A stretch of 64,000 nucleotides of DNA from a virus: IMG/VR virus record IMGVR_UViG_3300022848_000014, positions 1-64,000 of that record; one strand, 5' to 3'. A program made the translations under genes and the position numbers. Below, piece after piece: positions 11,101 to 20,659 of the stretch. Below the pieces are notes generated by a model that had not been told where the DNA came from, did no database searches, and saw nothing but the letters and a program-made list of their open reading frames with translations. Every line of letters starts with the position of its first letter. Position 1 is the stretch's first letter.

Positions 11101-11236
11101 TAAAAACACTATCTACTTCAGTTTCATCCAGGCCCAAAGAAGTTAGGTTGGTTATATCTTCAAGTTTTAAAGATGAGATGTTATTCTCTGCATCTGAGGC
11201 ATCAATAACAAAAGTTTGCTTAGTCTGGAAGCTCAT
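8183..11236 (-). CDS. Structural protein with Cys-rich middle region and four C-terminal beta-rich repeats (fibre/decoration)
   Basis: 1017 aa; CGCDENP cluster; repeated (V/L)(E/D)G..Y motif. Confidence 0.55.
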   Translation of the reverse strand: MSFQTKQTFVIDASDAENNISSLKLEDITNLTSLGLDETEVDSVFKVTDPTGEVIHLNTDYESPDIDYDVSRVFTLGSLNEDIATDAPVQGVYNYEMNTRTKNSGSYNFSFISATAIKISQVLLIDESIDVSINAVLGGGAAPNAGTYTIVSVTYDSSGFPTINLGSTLPDVSVPTDEAATLGTISYEQTLKSFSYIFSYPELSIEAVSDCDYGTIEFTDNTLFAYDIGTDTRIATIKYPENAVNPPSDVVFSSQSKKLSELYTGTYSFVVERSMQFILDAKRNTYVESTLIASKAHLVDCSESLCCITGCYESLIKRYEDALCTDQSKAASLGKQLLQISSKIQLARLIRYCGQTGYRTLLTQIKNIFGETGCDCGCDENPDGLSRKVTPVTAVLGGSGLDATFVSPDGSISITSIIAGTTTNYNLQLSSELAASLQGEDGASFIVITGDPGSLAQPLGTVALNESNGDLWERYNNSGTLSWQVVGNILGEAVRTVEGDEYIEVDDSDAENILVTLTAGVISILAAAQSASQPGDNLSSFANDVGFAVEAYQEIASQSGPTYSIDLALGNNVYVPFANGDLEFAATNMLEGQVYRLSIRNNGVETNTISWDTDPFVFAPEIDLASGATAGFTFIGADIGGDVYLLPVGSDYAIGASESVDLPSINVGPIGSATQYDVVFADNKQFYTINKNSTGDLDIQAPSTANIVEGRLYVFNVKAQFGNMIVTFGQGFTSPGFFQEPFAIKSGNVASFTFIGSNLTQSANALYLISNETSRVNLESVSLPSILVSNTPSFYQPDFNLDKQHFELSVTSGEDIGIAGLNQSGIVDGRIYVFTIRNFSTDIKIQFSSAIYEGPENLALPEASIPAGKTAILTFIGIPALFASAKMMLISTEIPETSTYGGVKLPVINDGNTFGDTAYSIDFSLAAQMFTFNLGTNDLTISTSNSSEIVDGRMYVFMVQNSSGTTRTLTLTTSAFRGADFAAIVRTIADGEAIMLTFIGAKGFINQSTCMLVSEIS

Positions 11237-11263
11237 GTCTTATAGATTTATGGGTGCAAAATA

Positions 11264-11298
11264 ACGAAAGCCCTGATTCGTAGAACCAGGGCTTTCGT
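11264..11298. terminator. Intrinsic terminator-like hairpin
   Basis: 12-bp stem ACGAAAGCCCTG/CAGGGCTTTCGT downstream of the 11320-12294 gene. Confidence 0.65.
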
Positions 11299-11319
11299 AT
11301 TTGAATAAACAACGACTTC

Positions 11320-12294
11320 TTAATTGTCGGAGTCACCAGCATCTTCAGGTGCGCTATCTATACTCTTCACGGCTGTTTGAAGAGCTTTCAAGCTCCTTGG
11401 GTTATTTTCCAAATGCCTTATAAGCACCTCTTCTTTTTGATTTGCTTGGTTTCCGCTAAGTTTCAGAAGCACTCCTGCGGATTTACTACCTTTTTCATCA
11501 AAGAATGTCCAACACTTATTGTTGTTCACATATTTCAAGATGTTTGAGTCAATGGCGATTGAAAGAGATTGCTTGATCTCATCTTTAACATCGGGCTTAC
11601 TTAAGCCTTCGTACTTCGCCTTGAACTCTGTGTAGTTCCTATCAATACTCTGATGAATAGCTGGGTTCTCAAGGATACTAAAGAGCTTGCTTCGGATGAT
11701 GTTGATGTCATCTTTCTGGCTATTCACCACTCTGTACATGGCGGCAATGTCACGGAGATCAGATTCAGAACCTACCTCAAGGATGAAATTGTCAACACTT
11801 GTTCGAAGTGAACGTTTGCTCATTTTTTCCTCGGCTACTTTTTCTGCAATCTCAATTTTTAGCCATGGCCTGTAATTGCCATCTTTTTCTGCTGCAGATA
11901 TACCAGCAATCGAGTTGCTGATCATTGGGCAGTAGAGGCCAAAGAACAATTGTCTCTCTAGGTCTTCAACATGCCATTTGTCCCTGAAGTAAACAGACTT
12001 TGGCTCAAAGTCATCTCTCTTTGTTGCTGGATTGAAGTAACTGCTTTCATAATATCGAAACACATCGCTGGTTCCGTTAGTGTTTTGAACAGTCTGCAAA
12101 AGTGCGAGTGGAAGGCCAGGTGGTGATGCCTTGCTTTTCTCCACATCTTTTGATGCTCTTAATTCTTGTGGATCAGTATACATCCTATCTGGATGCCAAA
12201 CCAATACTAAATGACCATTCTTATCGAGAAGCTTGGCCAGCTTGTCTTTATCTGCCTTGGTAGGTTCGTAAAGAACTCCATTTTTCGTTATCAT
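11320..12294 (-). CDS. Conserved crAss-like protein immediately downstream of MCP
   Basis: 324 aa; synteny with the crAss-like capsid module. Confidence 0.55.
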   Translation of the reverse strand: MITKNGVLYEPTKADKDKLAKLLDKNGHLVLVWHPDRMYTDPQELRASKDVEKSKASPPGLPLALLQTVQNTNGTSDVFRYYESSYFNPATKRDDFEPKSVYFRDKWHVEDLERQLFFGLYCPMISNSIAGISAAEKDGNYRPWLKIEIAEKVAEEKMSKRSLRTSVDNFILEVGSESDLRDIAAMYRVVNSQKDDINIIRSKLFSILENPAIHQSIDRNYTEFKAKYEGLSKPDVKDEIKQSLSIAIDSNILKYVNNNKCWTFFDEKGSKSAGVLLKLSGNQANQKEEVLIRHLENNPRSLKALQTAVKSIDSAPEDAGDSDN

Positions 12295-12315
12295 AATCTA
12301 TAATTGGGGTTTAAA

Positions 12316-12343
12316 ATAGGGGAAGACAAATGCCTTCCCCTAT
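12316..12343 (-). terminator. Intrinsic terminator after MCP
   Basis: Stem ATAGGGGAAG/CTTCCCCTAT followed by a T-run on the minus strand. Confidence 0.7.
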
Positions 12344-12358
12344 GATGATTTAATTAGA

Positions 12359-13729
12359 CTAGCTTACTGTAACCAGGGCCCACTTTTCACCGTTTGCATT
12401 TTGCGAACCAATGTGTGTTCTCTGGAAAGTGTTTCTGTCATCAAACTGATTTACTTTCAGTCCCATTCCAGCACCACCTACTGACCATACCTCGGCTCGA
12501 CGGTCATAAGCACCCAATTTCTTGTAGCGCATACCCATTTCTTCGAGGTACTTACCATTTTCTGGATCAACAAACTTGTTGAGTGAGTGGAACAAGCTCC
12601 AATCAGTCATTTGAAAGTTAGTCGCTCCAAAAGTGGTTGGATTCGCGAAGTTTGAATTTCGCTTCAACATGTAGGTACGCCCACTCTTTGTGAAGTACTT
12701 AAAGTTGATCACGGAATCCTTAGCAGGACGACCACCATACAAGTCTGCTTGCGCTGTATCAATAGCGTAGCTGATGTTGGTATCGTTGTGGTAAGTCTTC
12801 AACGAATTCTCGATGTTCTGGTATCGAGTTGGCCCTGACTGAACGCAAATGTAGTTTCCTACATGATTGGCCTCAAGGGTCAAATCAATTACATCGAAAT
12901 CAGGAACATCAAAAGCACCAGAAGCTTTCGGTAATGGATTCGCACGTCTTCGGGCATATTGGTAAGCACCTTCAGTAGTAAGAATCTTACGCTTCGTGTC
13001 AGGATCAATCATGGTTGAGTTGACCGTTCGCTTTTGGAAGGTGAGGGCACCATCCATTTTCAGCATTGTACGGTAATCCAACTGAGCCTGTCCTTCCCAG
13101 TAGTAAGAATTGAACTCTTTCCCTGCGAGTTTCAACCAAGTTTGGTTGGTCATCTCAGTACCAGTAACACCGATTGTTTCTTTGATAATTTGCATATCAT
13201 TGTTACGCTCGACAGTACCAGTAACAACTCCTTCAGGTTGTCCAGAACCTTCAGAGAACGCACCAGAGATGATGATAATCTCATCACCCGTAGCAACAAG
13301 ACCAAAGTTATCTGTTTGATCGTTCAACTTGATGGTAATAGATGGACTTGCAGGAGTCGTGGTGTCAATATCCCAGATTACACCCGTTACCTCATTCTTC
13401 AACATGACAGTATCGAATCGACGTGGGTAAAATCTGTTCTCATCATCCATGCTTTCTGTAGCAAGGACGAGCACTAAGTCATTCCCATCACCTGGGGCTG
13501 CGACTTCTGTTTCAACTTTGAAGGTGCCATGGTAACGCTTAAGCTCAAAGTGGCTAAAGGTTTCCTGTGCGACTTCTTTTTCAAACATCAATTCCTTCAG
13601 CATCATAAAGTGACTCTTTCCTTGGTCGCCGTATGGTCGGAATAATGATTGCAATTTCTCTGGTTTGTGTAGGTCGAAACCTGACACTATCTCAGATGCG
13701 AATATTGCGGCAATTGAACTTACTTCCAT
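12359..13729 (-). CDS. Major capsid protein (crAss-like, HK97 fold)
   Basis: 456 aa; FSEGSGQP...N.MQIIKET..VTG motif; follows portal and scaffold; own terminator. Confidence 0.85.
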   Translation of the reverse strand: MEVSSIAAIFASEIVSGFDLHKPEKLQSLFRPYGDQGKSHFMMLKELMFEKEVAQETFSHFELKRYHGTFKVETEVAAPGDGNDLVLVLATESMDDENRFYPRRFDTVMLKNEVTGVIWDIDTTTPASPSITIKLNDQTDNFGLVATGDEIIIISGAFSEGSGQPEGVVTGTVERNNDMQIIKETIGVTGTEMTNQTWLKLAGKEFNSYYWEGQAQLDYRTMLKMDGALTFQKRTVNSTMIDPDTKRKILTTEGAYQYARRRANPLPKASGAFDVPDFDVIDLTLEANHVGNYICVQSGPTRYQNIENSLKTYHNDTNISYAIDTAQADLYGGRPAKDSVINFKYFTKSGRTYMLKRNSNFANPTTFGATNFQMTDWSLFHSLNKFVDPENGKYLEEMGMRYKKLGAYDRRAEVWSVGGAGMGLKVNQFDDRNTFQRTHIGSQNANGEKWALVTVS

Positions 13730-13760
13730 TTTGTTTTGAAATTATGGGGTTAAACTATTA

Positions 13761-14912
13761 TCAACCTTGACGTTTACCCATAGCCCACTCAAATGCAATA
13801 TCAGAATCGGTCTTAAGACTTCCTGAAGTATTTCTAGGATCACCATCTTTTGGATCGATTGCGGAAGGATTTGTGTATTGTTTTCTAAATTCTTCATCAG
13901 TCAACCCTCGTACATTTGTTGCATGGCTTGCCATAATTTCCTTAATGTTGGAGGCTACAGCCATAGCATATACGTTATTGATGTTCTGTTGATACGCCTT
14001 TTGGTCATAAGGGTCTTTCAACCCGGCCTGATTTCTGACTATAGACTCTTTCATTGAAGTAACAGTCTTTTCATCAAACTTAAATTCGTATGGTATCCCT
14101 TCCGCAGGTGCATAAACGAATTTACTCAAGCCGTCGGTCATTTTATCAACTACTCCGCGTAGTTTATCCGATGTTTCGGAAAATAACTGCTGACGATCCT
14201 TTTGCTGCTTCTCGTAATCCACAGCTTCGGGCTTTTTGATTTTGCTTTGGTACTCAGTGATTTTCTTTAACGCCTGATTAGCATCAACCTTCATGTCCAT
14301 GGCAATGTCTTCATTGTCATTGGCTTCAAATTCTTCCGCAGATTCAAAGCCATACTTCTTGAGGATTCGCCTCTTGAAGTAGTCGGGGTTATCAGCATAT
14401 TCAGGGTTATCAATAATTTCCTGAGTAATTAATGCGTCAAGTGGATTGGCAGCAGCAGTCTCTTTTGATATTCCTTTGATTCTTTGGAATATAGGATAAC
14501 TAATGATGCCAGTTTCTTTTGCAAACGAATTGAACTCAGCTATACTATCGTCTGCCCAATCAATGCTTGCTGAAGCTTTCGCTTCTAATATTTTTTTCTC
14601 TTCCTGATAGGAAGTTTCTCTCTCTTTTGATGAGGTGTAAAGTTTGTGAATGTCGTCTACATTCTTTGCTTCTTCACCAAACTTCTCAGTAAACATCTTG
14701 CCCAATCGCTCCTGAAAACGAGTGTCAAAAGCAACATCTTCTGGCGTTGGTGGAGCAGGTGGAGCAGGATCATTACCTGGTGGCACTAATGGTGCTGGTG
14801 GCACTGGTGGTGTTGGTGGTGCTGGTGGTGCTGGATCATCTCCTTTAGTGGGATCGTTTGCTATACCATCATCAATCATAAATTGTAAGTGTGCTGGAAC
14901 TTCTACTGCCAT
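13761..14912 (-). CDS. Putative scaffolding protein
   Basis: Acidic helical protein with Pro-rich N-terminus between portal and MCP. Confidence 0.65.
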   Translation of the reverse strand: MAVEVPAHLQFMIDDGIANDPTKGDDPAPPAPPTPPVPPAPLVPPGNDPAPPAPPTPEDVAFDTRFQERLGKMFTEKFGEEAKNVDDIHKLYTSSKERETSYQEEKKILEAKASASIDWADDSIAEFNSFAKETGIISYPIFQRIKGISKETAAANPLDALITQEIIDNPEYADNPDYFKRRILKKYGFESAEEFEANDNEDIAMDMKVDANQALKKITEYQSKIKKPEAVDYEKQQKDRQQLFSETSDKLRGVVDKMTDGLSKFVYAPAEGIPYEFKFDEKTVTSMKESIVRNQAGLKDPYDQKAYQQNINNVYAMAVASNIKEIMASHATNVRGLTDEEFRKQYTNPSAIDPKDGDPRNTSGSLKTDSDIAFEWAMGKRQG

Positions 14913-14929
14913 TGTTTATTTATTTGTTA

Positions 14930-14937
14930 CAAACATA
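14930..14937 (-). promoter_or_regulatory. Bacteroidota -7 promoter element (TATGTTTG) upstream of scaffold/MCP
   Basis: Matches TAnnTTTG in a short intergenic gap. Confidence 0.5.
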
Positions 14938-14943
14938 CAAATA

Positions 14944-17250
14944 TTATACAACTGCGTTGATGCTTTTATTATTGTCTTGAGTCGCCTTCATTCCAGCCAC
15001 GATTTTGGCCTTCTCGATTTCTTTGTCTGCTAGTTGCAATTTTAGCTTACTCTCAGCCGCAAGCTTCATTTCGAGTCTAGCGGTTTCTCCCTCTTGTGTG
15101 GCCTGTTCTTTTTTAGCTTCTTCTTGCTTAAGCTGAATGGCGCTTTGCTGTGCGCTTTCCTGCATAGCCTCACGTCTCTTGTTGCCAGCCTCTTCCCTCT
15201 CACGGATAATCATGTCAAGACGCTTCTGGGTTTCCTTAAGGTTTCCCCCTTCTACCATTTGCTCAACAAGGATGTAGTCTGCATGGCTTATTCCTGGTTG
15301 GCCATCACTCCCAGCATTCATTGCTGCCAAGGCCGATGCTAAGATGCGCTCTTTTATACGTGTGTCTGGTCTGAGTTTTAGTGCAATCGATATATCCCTG
15401 AAGCTTTTTCCCCCAGGAAGGTAGAGTCCTTGAATAAATGTTTTGCCAATAGCACTTGAGTAATACTCCCTTGCTTTAGGGCTCCAATGTATTGATTCTC
15501 GGATTTTAGTAATGCCGACTTCAGTAAACCTTAGCTTGAGATGGTGATACTTTGTGATGATGGGCTTTAAGTTATTGTTTGTGTTCCCATACATTATTTC
15601 ACTCAACGCGGAAGATTGTCTTTCGGGGACTCCTGCTCCACCTGAAGCTTCTGGCGTGATCCCTGATGTTTCTTGGATGAAAGCTCTGTTCAACTCAAAT
15701 GCAGATATGAACTCTTGCATCTGTGTTCCCATTCCACCAGGTAGTTCATAGACTGGCTTTGATGCTCCGGGTATTGGTGTTCCGTTTTTGGTGGTTGCCC
15801 GATACAAAACATGTCCTTCATTGAGGGTCATTCGGAGAATATCCGTTCCCTTCATTTTCTTATCCTTAATGCCCATACTCGATACTGATTCGAAGTTCAC
15901 GGCTAGTCCAGGTGGTCTTGCTTTTGTAAGGGCATTTTGATACTTCACCCACGCTACCTGCATGTTTCTAAGATTTGGAATACAACGTTTAGTGATCGAT
16001 GGTCCACGGAGTTTCACAATCTGAAGGGGAATCATTGGGACACCATCTTTGTATGAAACATCATACTCTTGCCCATAATTAAAGACATGATCGGTTCCAA
16101 TAACCCAGGACTGGGTGTAGAGAACTGGACTATCATATCGATATGCCCCCTTGCGATCATCTGCCCAATATGTTGCTTCATTACTCTTGACCCTTCCACT
16201 CTTGGTCACAACCTTTCTGCGGTACTCCGATTTACTTCCAAGAAACCAGCCTTTTAAAACATCTACTCGAAAGCTATCATAACCCCAGTTTTGGCGTGTC
16301 TCATCGTAATTCGCATAAGCATCAAACCCCCCTTGAGCACTAAAGATTTCCTTATTGATTCCAAAGTAAGTTAGGGCTAAAGATTTTAGTTGCTCTTCAC
16401 TAAATTCACCACTCTTACGAAGGTCTTCAATTGTCATAGATGAGAAATAACCCCCGTACTTTTGGTTGTCAAACTCATCATCTCGGTCATACTTGGCAAT
16501 ACAGAATTCAGGCTGTCTGTACTTAAATGTAGTCTTTTGCGTGTGGCGGTCGGTGACGGTTTCCGCTGCCATGTAGCCCACATCAACAGCATCTTCAATG
16601 AACTTTTCTTTTAGTTCGTATAGCTTACTGTCATTTTCAAGAACTTGGGAAAGTTTCTCGATGCCAATTTCTGCAGTAACACGAATACCCCCTAGTGACT
16701 CATAAAGGTTTAGGTCATTGAGGTCTTTCGGTTTCCAACTATTGTCTTCAGGGATTTTTGCTTCGGTGGCCTGGTCCACTTTATTTATGATGCCTTCCAA
16801 AATAGTGTCAGCATACATTTGCCATTTTTTCTTCTCCTTCTCGTCAGTGCTATACTTATCTACAGCCTCGGCAAATGTTTGGAAATCGATGTCCTCAAAC
16901 ATACCTAGAATTGTTTGCTTGAACTTAACCATGATCGGCAAGATAGAGGGATCGATGTTACTCATTCCCTTCCTGTTCTTCTCCATTTCTTCATCCGATC
17001 CTTTCTTCCCATAGTTTGGGAAAACAAGACTCATAGCATCTGACTCTGGCTGCGTCCCGTTCCCAAACCTGCGGAGCATAGCAAATTCTTCCCTTCGGCT
17101 ATATGGCACTGAAGTCCTGTCATTACAGTACTCAGCCATGATTGCCTTGGCTATTTGCATGTGCCATTTACTGTCTTTTTTCTCTTCGGGAATGAACTCA
17201 TTTGGAAATTGACTGATTCCAGAGTAGCTTGATTCGTTTAAATATGCCAT
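14944..17250 (-). CDS. Portal protein (crAss-like)
   Basis: 768 aa; LPIMVKF..., IQETSGITPE..G motif, C-terminal coiled coil; directly after TerL. Confidence 0.85.
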   Translation of the reverse strand: MAYLNESSYSGISQFPNEFIPEEKKDSKWHMQIAKAIMAEYCNDRTSVPYSRREEFAMLRRFGNGTQPESDAMSLVFPNYGKKGSDEEMEKNRKGMSNIDPSILPIMVKFKQTILGMFEDIDFQTFAEAVDKYSTDEKEKKKWQMYADTILEGIINKVDQATEAKIPEDNSWKPKDLNDLNLYESLGGIRVTAEIGIEKLSQVLENDSKLYELKEKFIEDAVDVGYMAAETVTDRHTQKTTFKYRQPEFCIAKYDRDDEFDNQKYGGYFSSMTIEDLRKSGEFSEEQLKSLALTYFGINKEIFSAQGGFDAYANYDETRQNWGYDSFRVDVLKGWFLGSKSEYRRKVVTKSGRVKSNEATYWADDRKGAYRYDSPVLYTQSWVIGTDHVFNYGQEYDVSYKDGVPMIPLQIVKLRGPSITKRCIPNLRNMQVAWVKYQNALTKARPPGLAVNFESVSSMGIKDKKMKGTDILRMTLNEGHVLYRATTKNGTPIPGASKPVYELPGGMGTQMQEFISAFELNRAFIQETSGITPEASGGAGVPERQSSALSEIMYGNTNNNLKPIITKYHHLKLRFTEVGITKIRESIHWSPKAREYYSSAIGKTFIQGLYLPGGKSFRDISIALKLRPDTRIKERILASALAAMNAGSDGQPGISHADYILVEQMVEGGNLKETQKRLDMIIREREEAGNKRREAMQESAQQSAIQLKQEEAKKEQATQEGETARLEMKLAAESKLKLQLADKEIEKAKIVAGMKATQDNNKSINAVV

Positions 17251-17252
17251 AG

Positions 17253-19706
17253 TTAAAATGCAGTTTCGTACCAGTCGCTAATATCGATATAATCATCGTC
17301 TACTAAATTAGTGGTACCAATATTGTTATTAAGAGAGTGCGGTGGGTTCATGTTATTTGAGGTTATCAAACACCCGCCACCAGCAGTAAATTGATCATAA
17401 TCAGTCATCTCTTCTATCCCATCAATTTCTGAGCACTCAGAAAGTTGTCGTATATGGTTGTCCCGTCTCCCGTGCTTTTCAATGTAATCCCTCCATGAGT
17501 TTACTATGTCGTTTTTACTCCCAGTCTGAGAGTTAAAACCTGGCGTAATCTTTTTCTTACCCGTAGCTTCATTGGTGAAATAATAAAGGAAATGATGGTT
17601 GTTTGTTCGCTCTAGGAACTTCCATATATCTGGAACGTTTATCTCTGGGCTTATTTGACAACCATAGTACATGCATGCCCATAGTAACTGCTTGTTCCCG
17701 TCATCAGATATTTTAGGGCGATCAATGTAATCAGCCACAAACCTATGACTCTGCCACTCAGTTATTGGTACAGTCGAATCATCGATGAGGTGATTTCTAT
17801 TCATAAAAATAGAACCAGCCATGTCGCTCATTCGCTTATGCTCAGTCTTATTGAATTTAAAAGGATCTCCTGAAGCTATGAATGCTTTCCCGTTGTCAGG
17901 CATCATATTCCCATCGCCATCTCTGACCCATTTGTTTGAGTATTCAACCGGTAGGATAAGGCTATTATGCCACTTAGGATTTCTTTTGTCCTCTACCCAG
18001 TAAACCATCTGGTCTTGCTCTTCAAAGTCAAAGTACCCCTTTTGAGTAGCTGTCTTTTCGAACTCAAGCTGATTGACCCTATCATTTAGGATCGCAATAT
18101 TGAATCCAATGTCTGAGGTGTTCTTTCGGAAACAGTCACGGTATCGCGTTGGGTGCAATCGTAGGTGCTCATTTAGATCACTCATGGCCTTAGGATCATC
18201 GGAAGTTCGCAACTGCTGCTCTTTTATCTTGAGGTGCATCTTGGCACCATAGTCTTTTCCAATAAATTCTTCTTGCTGGGGTGTCGGCTTGCTAATGACA
18301 CTCTCACCATAGTAGCCGATAAAACCTTGGAGTCCATCGTAGGCTGGCATGAATATATCGACGAGCATTGTTGTTGTCATCCCCAGTGCATTTCTCTCAT
18401 CGTACTTAGATGCTTCACATAGCTTGTAGTAGTTTGCCCCACCTTTTTTTGTCATCTCACCTACTGTAGATGTTTTGATTGTGAACCCGACCATCTCTGC
18501 ACCATCTCCCATACTCAAGCAGTTTTTGGTGTTGTCGTGGCCAGCATATACATCTCTCAGGACTGTTTTCCCACATTCATCTTCATGGAATACGAGTAGC
18601 TTTGATTGATCAAAATACATCTCAGAGGCCGTCGATGCAAAATCGATTTTTGATCCAAGACCCTTTTTGGACATGGCGTGTGCCCCACCTTTCTTTACTG
18701 TCTGGGCTTTCGGTTTAAGGGACAATTCATTCTTGGCATCATCGGAACCTTCGTACTCTGGCTTCATCCACCAAGGAAGTTCACGGAATGGCATCATAGT
18801 CATATCCCTAAAAGCTCTCCTAGCATGAACCTCATCCATTGATAGAATTCCAGAGTATGCGTTTAATGTCAGGATTGTCTTTAAAAGCATGTACCAATCT
18901 GCCCTAAATGTGGCTCCTTCCCTCCTGTGTTTCGGATAATTCATTCCGATCACGGTCCTGGTCTTCATGTCAATTACCCAAAAACCTTCGACCGCCTCAT
19001 AAGCAGAGAGGGTGTAGCCATACTCTACCGACTCGTTCTGTAAATAAACCTCATACTCATCAGCCTGTTGCTGCGTACCAAAATATTTTGTCTTTAACTT
19101 TTTGCCCTCAAACCACGTAGCCTTAAAATGAAATGGGGCTTCTGTTGTTTTCTCAAAGTGCATGAGGGCAATCCACCAGCGCCTATCTCTATCTCGATAG
19201 TGGGGAGAACCAATATCCATTTTGCCAAAATTCATGTGGGCAAAATGAAACCCTTCTATAAAGGTGGGTTTGCCGTTAATGAAGCACCAGTATCCAAAGA
19301 GGGTATAGTACCACATTTTTCGCATCCAGTTGAGCTCTTCTTTGTACTCGACTTGATTCTTGGTAAGAAACAACCAAAGGTCTTTAAGTGTCGCGCTGTC
19401 TTCCTCTTTTTTTCCCTTTTCATCTAGTTTGTCCCGCATGAATTCGTCATACAAACTATCAAGTTTATGGGGCATCTTCTGCTTCTGGAACTTCTGCTTT
19501 GCCGCAGGTAATCCATAGCCATCAATGAGCCTCCAATCTGGGGAAGTAGGCGTGTAAATTCGAATAGTCCCAAGGTCTTTGTCGTCTTCGTGGTACTCCA
19601 CAAAATCCTCTTCCCTCTTGTAATCCTTTAAGATAGACCAATCGAGAGTGCCGTATTTCTCCTTCTTGTAAGCTTCAAAATTAATCGGTAAATCCAGATA
19701 ACCCAT
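17253..19706 (-). CDS. terL: Terminase large subunit
   Basis: Walker A-like KHRREGAT, Walker B FHEDECGK, nuclease motifs SGDPF, PEIN, YDQFTAGG. Confidence 0.9.
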   Translation of the reverse strand: MGYLDLPINFEAYKKEKYGTLDWSILKDYKREEDFVEYHEDDKDLGTIRIYTPTSPDWRLIDGYGLPAAKQKFQKQKMPHKLDSLYDEFMRDKLDEKGKKEEDSATLKDLWLFLTKNQVEYKEELNWMRKMWYYTLFGYWCFINGKPTFIEGFHFAHMNFGKMDIGSPHYRDRDRRWWIALMHFEKTTEAPFHFKATWFEGKKLKTKYFGTQQQADEYEVYLQNESVEYGYTLSAYEAVEGFWVIDMKTRTVIGMNYPKHRREGATFRADWYMLLKTILTLNAYSGILSMDEVHARRAFRDMTMMPFRELPWWMKPEYEGSDDAKNELSLKPKAQTVKKGGAHAMSKKGLGSKIDFASTASEMYFDQSKLLVFHEDECGKTVLRDVYAGHDNTKNCLSMGDGAEMVGFTIKTSTVGEMTKKGGANYYKLCEASKYDERNALGMTTTMLVDIFMPAYDGLQGFIGYYGESVISKPTPQQEEFIGKDYGAKMHLKIKEQQLRTSDDPKAMSDLNEHLRLHPTRYRDCFRKNTSDIGFNIAILNDRVNQLEFEKTATQKGYFDFEEQDQMVYWVEDKRNPKWHNSLILPVEYSNKWVRDGDGNMMPDNGKAFIASGDPFKFNKTEHKRMSDMAGSIFMNRNHLIDDSTVPITEWQSHRFVADYIDRPKISDDGNKQLLWACMYYGCQISPEINVPDIWKFLERTNNHHFLYYFTNEATGKKKITPGFNSQTGSKNDIVNSWRDYIEKHGRRDNHIRQLSECSEIDGIEEMTDYDQFTAGGGCLITSNNMNPPHSLNNNIGTTNLVDDDYIDISDWYETAF

Positions 19707-20439
19707 ACTTAACGTTTAACTTCTCTTGGTGTTTTGATACCATCTCCGTGGATCGGTCTTGGCGCTCATCTCTTTTCCTCTTGTATGGTGAGGTCCCTGG
19801 TAACGGATCTTCCTTATTCTTGAATGAGGCCGCTATGTCCTCTGGCCTAAGCCCCAGCTTTTCAAGCTCCACATAGTCAAGGAAACGACCCTTCATCCGA
19901 TTCATATTGTCCTCAGCCATTAAGTCAGTCGTCACAGACTCAATCTCAGCTTGGGTACGCTTAATAGTATCGAAGGATGTAGCCGCCCCCTGACTTAGTT
20001 TCTCCTGTGCAATGTAATAACCTTCCTGAAGACTCACTAAATAACTGTACTTGGAACCCCTGTGAAGTCTCACGTATCTGAAGATCATCTTCAAAACCGC
20101 TTCATTGTTGTTCATTAAAACATCATTTACCGTATCCGAATAGTCACCCTCTTCATTTGGATCAACACCTGCCAGATGCATAGCATTGTACTTACGCAAC
20201 TGAATATTCTCAATGTTTAATCTCAAGGGACTATTGTAGTCATACATGTAAACAATGTACTTGATCAACACTGACTTCTTAATGTTCGGAATCTTAACGA
20301 TAAACTCATCGAATTCCATGAAAATGGGAAACCTTACGAGTGGATTCTGTTTAGCCGTTAGCCTATGAATATTTACCGATAAACGATCAAACTGATCATC
20401 AGCGAAATTGTAAAGCTTATAATTTATCATACGGGTCAA
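19681..20439 (-). CDS. Hypothetical protein, possible terminase small subunit
   Basis: Helical 252 aa protein overlapping the TerL start; function inferred from position only. Confidence 0.4.
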   Translation of the reverse strand: MTRMINYKLYNFADDQFDRLSVNIHRLTAKQNPLVRFPIFMEFDEFIVKIPNIKKSVLIKYIVYMYDYNSPLRLNIENIQLRKYNAMHLAGVDPNEEGDYSDTVNDVLMNNNEAVLKMIFRYVRLHRGSKYSYLVSLQEGYYIAQEKLSQGAATSFDTIKRTQAEIESVTTDLMAEDNMNRMKGRFLDYVELEKLGLRPEDIAASFKNKEDPLPGTSPYKRKRDERQDRSTEMVSKHQEKLNVKYGLSGFTD

Positions 20440-20659
20440 ATTTAATTATTACTTGGACTCTCTGGTTGTCTTTGCCCCGATTATAATCCCTGCGCTCAAT
20501 AGTGTATGTGACACCAAGGAACCGTGCACGAGAATCTACTTGAGACTCTAATACAGCAAATGTAGCAACACTCATCTTTGTCGTGACTATCGAAACAGAG
20601 TCACCAGGATTCGGATCATCTGGGCTCAAACTGTCCTTGTAATTATAGTGCCAGCTCAT
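20417..20659 (-). CDS. Hypothetical protein
   Basis: Overlaps both neighbours in the operon. Confidence 0.55.
   Translation of the reverse strand: MSWHYNYKDSLSPDDPNPGDSVSIVTTKMSVATFAVLESQVDSRARFLGVTYTIERRDYNRGKDNQRVQVIIKFDPYDKL

Noticed and set aside
17253-19706. Intein or intron in TerL
   Set aside because: Continuous ORF without intein C/S...HN motifs; only a modest insertion before Walker A
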